Below are positions 26,769 through 35,145 of a stretch of 64,000 nt of DNA, one piece after another (position 1 is the first letter of the stretch; the number at the start of each line of letters is the position of its first letter). The DNA comes from an uncultured Eubacteriales bacterium (GTDB lineage Bacteria; Bacillota; Clostridia; Oscillospirales; QAMX01). The notes beneath the pieces were generated by a model. The model was not told where the DNA came from and ran no database searches. It saw only the letters and a list, made by a program, of their open reading frames with translations. A program made the translations under genes and the position numbers. The stretch is taken from assembly GCA_934546935.1 (NCBI GenBank), contig CAKTEH010000002.1, positions 156,400 through 220,399 of the forward strand, read 5' to 3'.

Positions 26769-27530
26769 TTATTCTTTGAAAACGTGGTCAGGCCGATAGA
26801 CCAAAGGGCCATTATGTTCTCCAAAATAATAACAGGGCAGCCCAGCATGCGCACCGAAATTATAAATACCTGCACGTTCCGTTTTTCCCGCAAGAATCGC
26901 ATCGGACGCCTCGATCAGATCATCGAGCAGGCTTACCGGCTGCAAACCAATTGTATGGCCGGTCAGCAGGTAATCAAAGCGGCTGCGCAGCGAGGAGAGC
27001 TTCTTAAGCGACGCATTATGTTCCTCAACAGACAGGCTATAGGGGAACAGCAACCAAACCGTATCATGCAAAACCGTGTCGCCGGTAACCAGGACACGAT
27101 CCTCAATATCCAGAAAACAGGTGGATCCAGGCGTATGTCCGGGGGTTGCAATGGCTTCCACATGACGCCCTCCCAGATCAAGAACTTCACCGTCGCAGAT
27201 CGGTTTCAATGGGCCGGGGCGCAGGGAACGGAACGCCTCCGGCACCTGGTTAAAATCAAACATCATGTCATAAATTGAAAAATCCGCAGGATTCAAGAGG
27301 CATTCATCATAGAAAACATTGCCTCGCACATGGTCAAAATGAGAATGCGTACAGGCAAGCGTCAGCGGCAGGCTGGTATAAGTACGCACATAATCCTTAT
27401 GGTTTTCGCGGCCATAGCCAGTGTCGATAACCAGGGCGCGATCTGTCCCGCGTATGACATAGGAGCCGGGGCCGATATTAATCTGGGCAATATGGTTATT
27501 GATTTCCGTAAATTTGCACTCGGTATCCAT
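26769..27530 (-). CDS. MBL-fold metallo-hydrolase
   Basis: THSHFDHVRG (HxHxDH), GHTPGS, LVTGDTVLHD. AAGGAG lies 9 nt before ATG 27530. ATG 27536 is an alternative start. Confidence 0.8.
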   Translation of the reverse strand: MDTECKFTEINNHIAQINIGPGSYVIRGTDRALVIDTGYGRENHKDYVRTYTSLPLTLACTHSHFDHVRGNVFYDECLLNPADFSIYDMMFDFNQVPEAFRSLRPGPLKPICDGEVLDLGGRHVEAIATPGHTPGSTCFLDIEDRVLVTGDTVLHDTVWLLFPYSLSVEEHNASLKKLSSLRSRFDYLLTGHTIGLQPVSLLDDLIEASDAILAGKTERAGIYNFGAHAGLPCYYFGEHNGPLVYRPDHVFKE

Positions 27531-27712
27531 TATCATGTTCTCCTTTATCCAGTTTATTTTTATTTTAGCACATACCGTGCCACAGTACAAGCCGGTTAAC
27601 TTGCGGCAGGCGTCTTATTCTTGAAAAATACAGGATACAGATCTTTCCGTACGGCCAAAAACCAAAAAACCGAAACTATAAAATCCAGAAAGACATCAGG
27701 AGGAAAAACACC

Positions 27713-28756
27713 GTGCTCAAGCCGGAGCGTCTGCACCGCGGCGACACGGTCGCCATTGTCAGCTTTTCCCAAGGCATGCTGGGAGAGCCTCAGTTTATCC
27801 ATAAATATGAAATTGCGAAAAAGCGCCTGGAGGAGGACTTCGGCCTGCGCGTCCTATGTATGGACAATGCGCGCAGGGGGGTAGAGTATCTCTACCGGCA
27901 TCCGGAAGCCCGGGCAGAGGACTGGATGAACGCTTTCCGCAATCCGGAAGTGCGGGGGATTTTTAATGCCATTGGCGGCGACGATACAATTCGGCTGCTT
28001 CCCTATATCGATTTCAGTCTCATCCGGAGGAACCCGAAAATTTTCACAGGCTTCTCGGATACAACCGCAAACCATTTCATGTGTTATCACGCGCGGCTTG
28101 TTTCCTACTACGGGGCCTCTGTTATGAATAATTTCTCCGAATATGTGCGCATCAATCCATATACGGAATCTATGATCCGGCGCACGCTCTTCCAACCAGA
28201 AGCAATGCTGGATATTCCCAGCGCGCCCTTTTTCCGGGATGACGACGATGAACGGATTTGGTGGTGCGAGGAAAACCGAGGCCGGGAAAAAACCTGGAAC
28301 CCGGAGCCGCATGGCTATGAAATCCTGCAGGGGTCTGGCATTGCTGAAGGCGAACTGCTTGGCGGATGTCTGGATACTTTTATCCAGCTCTTCGGTACGG
28401 CGATCTGGCCCCCGGCAGAACAATGGCGCGGCAAAATTCTTTTCCTGGAGACAAGCGAAATGGACATGTCCTGTGATCTACTGTGCTGGATTCTGCGCAG
28501 CCTCCTGGCTCAGGGAATTTTGCAGGCAGTCAATGCAATCCTTGTCGGGAAACCTGCCCGGCGCGGGAAATATGAGCCTTATAAAGAGGTTTTCCGCCGG
28601 GTTGTCGGCATTGAGGCTGGACGTCCGGAACTTCCGATCCTCTATAATGTGAATTTTGGCCACGCAGAGCCCATTGGTATCTTTCCTTACGGCTTACGCT
28701 GCAGGCTCGACGCAGATAGGCGGACGCTTACGCTTCTGGAACCCGCCACGCGCTGA
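27713..28756 (+). CDS. S66 family LD-carboxypeptidase (MccF-like)
   Basis: GTG start with AGGAGGA 8 nt upstream. ..LHRGDTVAIVSFS.., ..IFNAIGGDD.., nucleophile motif FTGFSDTTANH, C-terminal ..NFGHAEP. Confidence 0.85.
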   Translation: MLKPERLHRGDTVAIVSFSQGMLGEPQFIHKYEIAKKRLEEDFGLRVLCMDNARRGVEYLYRHPEARAEDWMNAFRNPEVRGIFNAIGGDDTIRLLPYIDFSLIRRNPKIFTGFSDTTANHFMCYHARLVSYYGASVMNNFSEYVRINPYTESMIRRTLFQPEAMLDIPSAPFFRDDDDERIWWCEENRGREKTWNPEPHGYEILQGSGIAEGELLGGCLDTFIQLFGTAIWPPAEQWRGKILFLETSEMDMSCDLLCWILRSLLAQGILQAVNAILVGKPARRGKYEPYKEVFRRVVGIEAGRPELPILYNVNFGHAEPIGIFPYGLRCRLDADRRTLTLLEPATR

Positions 28757-28775
28757 GCATCAAGCGCATTTCCGA

Positions 28776-28821
28776 AAAACGATCCCCCTGCGAATACAAC
28801 GGATTCGCAGGGGGATTTTCC
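28776..28821. terminator. Bidirectional terminator
   Basis: ATCCCCCTGCGAAT-acaacgg-ATTCGCAGGGGGAT followed by TTTT, with AAAAA upstream. It lies between convergent genes. Confidence 0.75.
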
Positions 28822-28864
28822 ACCTTCGGTTCGGGCAAGCAGCCCAGTTGGAAAGCAGATGCCT

Positions 28865-29239
28865 TTACTCTTGCTGTTTTTCTTCCATCAGCGCTTTAAG
28901 CCGGCTGAAACTTTCCTCGCTGATCTCATGTTCGATTTTACAGGCATCCGCATAGGCCGTTTCTGGGGATACGCCGATACGCAGGAAAAAGCGGGCAAGC
29001 ACATTATGCCGCTCATAAATCGGTTCGGCAATGATACGGCCCTGTTGTGTAAGCGTGATATGGTTTTCCCCATCCACCTCGATCAGACCTTTTTCACGCA
29101 GGTGCCGGACAACCTCTGATACAGTAGGCCGCGAATAACCCAGTTCAGCGCAGATATCTGCCGCATGTACGCCCGCTTTGCGCTGTGTCAAAATCAAAAT
29201 GGTTTCCAGATAGTTTTCCATAGCCCGGGTTACCGCCAT
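28865..29239 (-). CDS. DtxR/MntR family metal-dependent transcriptional repressor
   Basis: GGGGAGGA RBS before ATG 29239. MENYLETILILTQRKAGVHAADICAELGYSRPTVSEVVRHLREKGLI.., ..ERHNVLARFF.., ..DACKIEHEISEES. The 64-aa upstream extension in the ORF track has no RBS. Confidence 0.8.
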   Translation of the reverse strand: MAVTRAMENYLETILILTQRKAGVHAADICAELGYSRPTVSEVVRHLREKGLIEVDGENHITLTQQGRIIAEPIYERHNVLARFFLRIGVSPETAYADACKIEHEISEESFSRLKALMEEKQQE

Positions 29240-29572
29240 ACGCTTTTCCTCCCCGCACAGTACATGATTTATATTATACCACGCGATCAGAAAAAAGTCA
29301 GCCGCCGAAATCCGGACGCCGTCTTCCCGGATGCAGGCTACGCAAGCTTTCTTTCCAGCCCTTACAAATATTAATCCGCCGCATGCATCCCATCCAGTTA
29401 CCGAATTTTGATCTGCGTCATACGCTTTCATCTCATAAACCGCGCAACGGCCATGGTCTCACGTTCTTTCCTAAACCCCGGCGCTGTGCTGTCCCATGGG
29501 CATAATCCTGCAAGCGCAGAGCCCTTTCACGCAACGGACCGGCTTACTTTTTCAAAATACAATACGCAGGTC

Positions 29573-30436
29573 CTATAACGCACACCGGCGCAGCGGGAGG
29601 AAGTCATCAAGCGTACGCCGCAGATATGCGTCCCACATTTCAAAATCATGGCCGTACCCCTCGGCAAGCGTGTACTCGACTGCAAGCCCCAGCGTACGCA
29701 GCGCGCGCACATCATCCTCCACGCGTTCTCGGATAAATTCGCGGCTTCCGCACACAAGATGCAGCGCGGGAAAATCCACGCCCTCAGCCAATCCCTGGCG
29801 GACAAGCGCTGCAAGATCAAAGCGGGAACCTTCGATTTGCGAGGCTGGTCCGAAAGTATTCAGATAAATCGGGAAGCTTTTGAAATGTTCGCTTTTCAGT
29901 TCCCTTTCCAGTGTACCGGTATTGGCCGTAAGGCCGATGCCGCCGGAAATATCGACACAGGCGCAATAGCGGTGCGGGTAACGAAGCGCATTTCCAAGCG
30001 CCGCATTGCCGCCCATAGCATAGCCCACAATAAAATTATCCCGGCGTTCCGGGGAGGAAGGAAACAGCGACTGTACCACCACCGGAAGTTCTTCTCCGAT
30101 AAAAGTCGAATAATTTTTTCCATAAGCGGTATCTACACCAAAGGAGTTGGCCACATCCGGCGCCACAAGCATAACACAGTTGCGCTCGGCATAGCGCTCA
30201 ACATTGGTATAACGCAGAGGCAGCGAGTCATCATCCCCACCGCCATGGATCAGATAGACAGTCTGAAATTTCATTCCAGAATGGTAGACCGGAAGGGACG
30301 GCGTCTCTCCAGGGCCCATATGCCCACGCGTTCCCTGGGAAAGGTCATAGTAGCTGAAGGAATTGGTTGGGATCACGGCACTGACATCAACCCAATGTCC
30401 AAGCGCCTGGGATCGATAGTTAAAACGCAGCAGCAT
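29573..30436 (-). CDS. Esterase-family (PF00756, tributyrin-esterase-like) alpha/beta-fold protein with Ala in place of the nucleophile Ser
   Basis: AGGAGG RBS. VYLIHGGGDDD.., RYTNVERYA.., GYAMGG where GxSMGG is expected (codon GCT at 30017-30019), C-terminal GYGHDFEMW. Confidence 0.8.
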   Translation of the reverse strand: MLLRFNYRSQALGHWVDVSAVIPTNSFSYYDLSQGTRGHMGPGETPSLPVYHSGMKFQTVYLIHGGGDDDSLPLRYTNVERYAERNCVMLVAPDVANSFGVDTAYGKNYSTFIGEELPVVVQSLFPSSPERRDNFIVGYAMGGNAALGNALRYPHRYCACVDISGGIGLTANTGTLERELKSEHFKSFPIYLNTFGPASQIEGSRFDLAALVRQGLAEGVDFPALHLVCGSREFIRERVEDDVRALRTLGLAVEYTLAEGYGHDFEMWDAYLRRTLDDFLPLRRCAL

Positions 30437-30632
30437 GGTTTATCCTCCTAAATTTCTATAGCTTCAGCATAGGGGAAAGGCAGGAGCGCGTCAATTTACA
30501 AATTTCCTTTTCCGTAAAACATGGATGAAAACCGTAAAAAACCGGATCGCGTTTTCTTTGTTTTTTAACCATATCATGCTATAATCTTCATAAAAAGGGA
30601 AAAACGCTGCTTAAGCAGGAAGCGAGGTGGCT

Positions 30633-31472
30633 ATGCGGTGGATTGATTACAGGCAATGCCTTGGCGTTGGGTTTGGGGATCAGGAAAAATTCCGGCTGTT
30701 GCAAAATAAAATCCATAATCTGCTGAACATATCCCGGGACGGAATCGGCTATACCGGGAAAAGCTATTTCCAGTTTTGTATGATGACCGGAAGGCGTTTC
30801 TGCGAGTTGCGCAGCCCGCCGGGCTGTGTGCTTTCTATCCTCGGAGACGAAGCAGAAGACCTCGGCGCCTTCTTAAGCGATTATATTGCGTTTGTCAATA
30901 CGTTTGAGCAATTGCCCTATTCCTCCTGGGACCGGCAGGCGTTTATCAACCTGCTACGCAATATGATGCAGCAGTCCGGGCTCCCAATTGAAATTTACAA
31001 AGACGCCGACGGGTACTTTGTTTTCCCTGAAGGAGCGGCGGAACTGGATGAATCACTGGTATCCTGCCCGCTGCTCTGGCTGCGCGCCTACCCGGCGGCA
31101 TACAAAAGCTTTTCTACTGCACTGAAGCAGTATGCAAAAAAGGAGTATATCCGCGACACTGCGGACAATCTGCGCAAGGCGCTTGAGGCGTTTTTGCAGG
31201 CTTTTTTTGAAAACGAGCGCAATCTTTCCAACAATATTCCCATCGTAGGCGCGTATTTGAAAAACTGTGGTGCGCCGCGTGAATTCTGCGAAGCTTACGT
31301 AAAGCTTGCTGATCTTTACCGCAAGCTCAACGATCGTGCCGCAAAGCATAACGACGCCATAGATGCACGCTTTCTGGAATTCCTGCTTTACCAGACGGGC
31401 ATGTTTATCCGTCTGCTGCTTACCCTGCGCGCGGAGCCGCAGCATCCGGAGAATACCAGGGAAAAAACATAG
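30633..31472 (+). CDS. Hypothetical protein (alpha-helical; C-terminal region faintly Abi_C/HEPN-like)
   Basis: 280-aa ORF with GAGGTG upstream, and no competing frame. The C-terminal half is DTADNLRKALEAFLQAFF..LYRKLNDRAAKHNDAIDARFLEFLLYQTGMF. I recognised no family with confidence. Confidence 0.6.
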   Translation: MRWIDYRQCLGVGFGDQEKFRLLQNKIHNLLNISRDGIGYTGKSYFQFCMMTGRRFCELRSPPGCVLSILGDEAEDLGAFLSDYIAFVNTFEQLPYSSWDRQAFINLLRNMMQQSGLPIEIYKDADGYFVFPEGAAELDESLVSCPLLWLRAYPAAYKSFSTALKQYAKKEYIRDTADNLRKALEAFLQAFFENERNLSNNIPIVGAYLKNCGAPREFCEAYVKLADLYRKLNDRAAKHNDAIDARFLEFLLYQTGMFIRLLLTLRAEPQHPENTREKT

Positions 31473-31511
31473 TCCGGAAGCTGTCCTCTTTTACAGAGGA
31501 CAGCTTCCGGA
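31473..31511. terminator. Bidirectional hairpin shared by the convergent hypothetical genes
   Basis: Perfect 17-bp stem TCCGGAAGCTGTCCTCT-tttac-AGAGGACAGCTTCCGGA. The stop codon of the minus-strand gene lies in the loop. Confidence 0.7.
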
Positions 31512-32201
31512 TTCCTGTATAAGCAGTGCGCGAACCCGTGCAAAAATCTCATAGGGCGCATGGGAAAATGCGCGCACAGAAAAACGTCCCAATACCTGCG
31601 GTCCTTCGCAGACAGTAAACAGGATTCCGTCGCAGATGACCATCCGCCGCCCGCAACTGAATCCCCGCCGCGTGGACATGTCCGCATAACGGGCAAGACG
31701 CTGCAACTGGGAGAACAGAAGGAAACCCTCTTCATCATGTGTCAGCGCATCTGCGCAGGCCCAATGCTCAAGCCGGAAGCGGCTGGTATAAAAATAGGGG
31801 ACAGCACGGGGATAGGCGGATGATGGGGCAGTTGCGCGCCACCCGTCAACTGAAAAACGGTAATATGGTTCGCAGGACGCCTTTGGAAGGACGTCAATTT
31901 CCCTGCGCCTAATAAGTTCCACATGCATGATCCGACCGAGATAAGCAATTCCCGGCCGCATGCCGGCAGAAAACGCAGGCAGGTACAGGGCCACATGGGA
32001 GACCGGCAGCAGACGCCCACGCAGCTGCATGGCAGGAATATGATAAAACCGGCAGGCAAGGCAGGCGCGAAGCTGATGCAGATCCCGAACCCGCCCAACA
32101 AGCACATCCGGTTCCATCCCGGCCCCGGAATAATAGGTGCCTTCCGGCAGCACAGCATATGCGGGCGCGGCAGGAAGCATAAGCGCTGGTTTTGTGAACA
32201 T
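31491..32201 (-). CDS. Hypothetical protein, no recognisable family
   Basis: 236-aa ORF with a very strong RBS (AGGAGGAGAGGG) 4 nt before ATG 32201. Its codon usage resembles that of neighbouring genes. The overlapping alternative frames are Cys/Arg-rich junk. Confidence 0.55.
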   Translation of the reverse strand: MFTKPALMLPAAPAYAVLPEGTYYSGAGMEPDVLVGRVRDLHQLRACLACRFYHIPAMQLRGRLLPVSHVALYLPAFSAGMRPGIAYLGRIMHVELIRRREIDVLPKASCEPYYRFSVDGWRATAPSSAYPRAVPYFYTSRFRLEHWACADALTHDEEGFLLFSQLQRLARYADMSTRRGFSCGRRMVICDGILFTVCEGPQVLGRFSVRAFSHAPYEIFARVRALLIQESGSCPL

Positions 32202-32408
32202 AGCCCTCTCCTCCTGGCAGAAATCTTCGCATCCCGGCCGGACATGAGAAACGCCGCCGGACAGAGTCCAGAGCAGGCTGCGCTTTTATGTGCGAAGCCT
32301 GACGGCCGCAAAACGTGGGGAATAATGTATTGTCTTATTATAGCATATCCTGTTGGTTTTCTCAAGAAAACGAATACTTTTTGACAGGATGCAGCCGAAA
32401 AGTTTTAT

Positions 32409-32438
32409 TTGCCAAGACCTGCGCGTCAATGGTATAAT
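32409..32438 (+). promoter_or_regulatory. Candidate promoter of the ygjP-like/mod/res operon
   Basis: TTGCCA, 18 nt ending in TGG, TATAAT (extended -10). Confidence 0.5.
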
Positions 32439-32522
32439 AAATCAATTGGATGCGGTAAGACCTGCCGCTGTATACATAGGATTTCAGCGAAAAAAGCGGG
32501 GCTTACGGAGGAAATGCAACCC

Positions 32523-33221
32523 ATGGACACGCCTATTGAAATCGGCGGTGAACGCTTCGTTCTGACACGCCGGAAGATCCGCAATTTCTACCTCCGGCTT
32601 TATCCCGACGGCACTGCGCATGTCAGCGCACCGCTATGGGCGACAGACGCGCAGATCGAAGCCTTCCTTCGCCCCCGCCTTGCCTGGCTGCAGCGTCACA
32701 GAGCGGCTGTAGCGGGCCAGTGCGCCAGCTGTATGCAGGCTTTCGAAGCAGGCCGCACACTTTGGCTGTTCGGGCAGCGCCTTACGCTTAAGCTGGCGGC
32801 GCAAGAAAAGCCGGGGCTTTTCTTCCGCGGGGAAACCGCCGTTTTATGCTGTGCACCAGACGCCGGCGTACAGCAGCGCCGGGCAATAGCCGAGCAGGCT
32901 TACCGGCTGGCGCTGGCAAGCTATCTGCGCACACGCGTCCCGTTTTACAGCGCCCGTATGGGCCTTGATCCACCGCAATACTCGATCCGCCTGATGCGCA
33001 CACGATGGGGAAGCTGTACGCCCGCCGCCAGACGTATCCGCTTCAATCTCCGGCTGGCGCAAAAACCGGAGGCCTGGATTGATTATATTATCGTGCATGA
33101 ACTTGCGCACCTGCGCTATGCCGACCACAGTCCCGCATTTTGGGCGCTGGTCGAGCAGCATTTCCCTGAATGGCGCAGCGTGCGGCATGCGTTGAATACC
33201 GGCGCTTATGAAAGCTTGTAA
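32523..33221 (+). CDS. YgjP-like M48/DUF45 metal-dependent hydrolase
   Basis: ..RNFYLRLYPDGTAHVSAP.., ..RWGSCTPAARRIRFNLRL.., and the zinc motif HELAHLRYADHSPAFWALV. GGAGGA RBS. ATG 32514 is an alternative start. Confidence 0.8.
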   Translation: MDTPIEIGGERFVLTRRKIRNFYLRLYPDGTAHVSAPLWATDAQIEAFLRPRLAWLQRHRAAVAGQCASCMQAFEAGRTLWLFGQRLTLKLAAQEKPGLFFRGETAVLCCAPDAGVQQRRAIAEQAYRLALASYLRTRVPFYSARMGLDPPQYSIRLMRTRWGSCTPAARRIRFNLRLAQKPEAWIDYIIVHELAHLRYADHSPAFWALVEQHFPEWRSVRHALNTGAYESL

Positions 33222-33231
33222 TGGAGGAATT

Positions 33232-35145
33232 ATGTCAGATTTTTATAAGCAGGTTATGGATATTTTAAAAAAAGACGCACGTTTTTTTACCCCGGAAGGG
33301 GATTTCCTGCGCAATACGGTTTTTGAAAAGGCAATGGGACTGGATCGTGCGTTACTGGAACTTTTATACTCTGACGAAACCGTGCGGCAGCGTTTTTTTG
33401 CCGAAGCCGGCGGTGTGACGGTTTTCGATAAACAGGGATTTGCCTATTTTGTCAACAACCGCAGTTTCCTCCCCGACTCTTACACGCGCTTTCGCAATAA
33501 AATCGGGCTTGCTGACAGCCGGGGCGAATTTATTTCCACCGGAAATGACATCGCGCTGCTATTCCCCTACAAAGATTGCGTACTGGCCGGATCCCAGCGT
33601 AACGACGAAGAACGCCGCCGGGAAATTTTTTACAATGAACGCCTTGCCCCGGATGCGCTTGACCGGCTGCTTACGCCCAAGGCGCTTTGCGGTGCGCTGC
33701 GTTTTGACAAAAGCGGTACGCAGCCGTGTACCGCTTATACAGGTGAAAATCTGGTTATAAACGGGAACAATCTCATGGCGCTGTCCTCAATCTTGCAACG
33801 CTTTTATGGCCAGGTAAAATGCATTTACATCGACCCGCCCTACAACACCGGGTCCGATGGCTTCAACTACAATGACAGTTTCCGCCATTCAACCTGGCTT
33901 GTATTTATGAAAAACCGGTTGGAACTGGCCCGCCGTCTGCTGAGACCGGACGGTTTCCTTTTCGTACAATGCGACGACAATGAGCAGGCTTATTTGAAGG
34001 TGTTGATGGACGAGCTGTTTGGAAGAGAGAATTTTGACAGCTGCGTCAGCGTCATTGTCAAGACGGAAGGCCGCCGTTACGGGAACCTGGCCAAAACCCA
34101 TGAATATATCCTTGTCTATGCCCGCGACCTGGCGCAGGCCCAACTCCGCGAAATCGAACTAAAGGAGAAGAAATTCACCTATTGCGACGCACGCGGCGGC
34201 TTTGATCTCAAAGAGCTGCGCAACCAGAATACGCGCGCTTTTAACGATACCAACCGTCCAAACCTCCGCTACCCGTTTTATCTGAAATCCGACCCGGACG
34301 AATACGGACTGATGCGGGTCAGCCCGGAAAAGGGGGAAAAGGAAGAAGAAGTCCTCCCGATCACGGTCAACGGGCGGCGAAGCGTTTGGCGCTGGGGCCG
34401 GGAGAAAGCCTATGCGTTGGCAGACGAGCTTTGCGCCCGGCGCGGCAGCGACGGCATCGTGCGCGTCTATCAAAAATACCGTTCTCACTCGACAATGGAA
34501 AAGACTGTCTGGATGGACAAGAATTTTATTTCAAACAAAGGCACCAAGGAAATCCAGGCGCTGTTTGGAAAAAGCGTATTTGCATTTCCAAAGGCTGAGG
34601 CGCTTGTGCAGCGCATATTGGAACTTGCAACGCAGCCGGGCGATTTGGTCGTTGACTTTTTCCTGGGCAGCGGGACAACAGCCGCCGTTGCGCACAAGAT
34701 GGGCCGGCGTTATATCGGCGTTGAACAGATGCCCTATGTTGAAGAAGTCGTCTGCCGGCGGCTTGAGAAAGTTATTGCCGGAGAAGGCGGCGGCATAAGC
34801 GCCGCACTGGGCTGGACAGGAGGCGGCAGCTTTATCTATTGCCGTCTTGCGCAGCGCAATGCGCGGTTTGCAGAAAAAATCGCGGTTTGTACAGAGGAAG
34901 CGGCGCTTTATACCCTGGCCGGGGACATTTTTCGTTCCGGCTATATCAATTGCCGTGCGGACGTGCAGCCTGCCGACCTGGAAGACCCCTCGCTCCCGTT
35001 TGAGGAAAAGAAGCAAATCCTTCTTGAGCTGCTGGATAAAAATCAGCTCTATGTCTCCCTGCCGGACCTGGACGACGAGGAAGCGGGCCTGACTGAAGCC
35101 GACCGCGCCTTTACACGCAGCTTTTATGAGGGGGCGTGGGAATAA
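33232..35145 (+). CDS. mod: Type III restriction-modification system methyltransferase (Mod, beta-class N6-adenine/N4-cytosine MTase)
   Basis: Motif IV IYIDPPYNTGSDGFNYND precedes motif I VVDFFLGSGTTAAVAHKMGRRYIGVE. GGAGGA RBS. TAATG overlap with res. Confidence 0.9.
   Translation: MSDFYKQVMDILKKDARFFTPEGDFLRNTVFEKAMGLDRALLELLYSDETVRQRFFAEAGGVTVFDKQGFAYFVNNRSFLPDSYTRFRNKIGLADSRGEFISTGNDIALLFPYKDCVLAGSQRNDEERRREIFYNERLAPDALDRLLTPKALCGALRFDKSGTQPCTAYTGENLVINGNNLMALSSILQRFYGQVKCIYIDPPYNTGSDGFNYNDSFRHSTWLVFMKNRLELARRLLRPDGFLFVQCDDNEQAYLKVLMDELFGRENFDSCVSVIVKTEGRRYGNLAKTHEYILVYARDLAQAQLREIELKEKKFTYCDARGGFDLKELRNQNTRAFNDTNRPNLRYPFYLKSDPDEYGLMRVSPEKGEKEEEVLPITVNGRRSVWRWGREKAYALADELCARRGSDGIVRVYQKYRSHSTMEKTVWMDKNFISNKGTKEIQALFGKSVFAFPKAEALVQRILELATQPGDLVVDFFLGSGTTAAVAHKMGRRYIGVEQMPYVEEVVCRRLEKVIAGEGGGISAALGWTGGGSFIYCRLAQRNARFAEKIAVCTEEAALYTLAGDIFRSGYINCRADVQPADLEDPSLPFEEKKQILLELLDKNQLYVSLPDLDDEEAGLTEADRAFTRSFYEGAWE

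Noticed and set aside
29240-29431. 64-aa N-terminal extension of the DtxR/MntR-family ORF
   Set aside because: A strong GGGGAGGA RBS precedes the internal ATG at 29239, which matches the family N-terminus (M..MENYLE). A TATAAT box lies inside the extension.
31742-32365. 207-aa minus-strand ORF overlapping the 31491-32201 hypothetical gene in another frame
   Set aside because: It is extremely Cys/Arg/Pro-rich with no RBS. The competing frame has an AGGAGGAG RBS and a normal composition.
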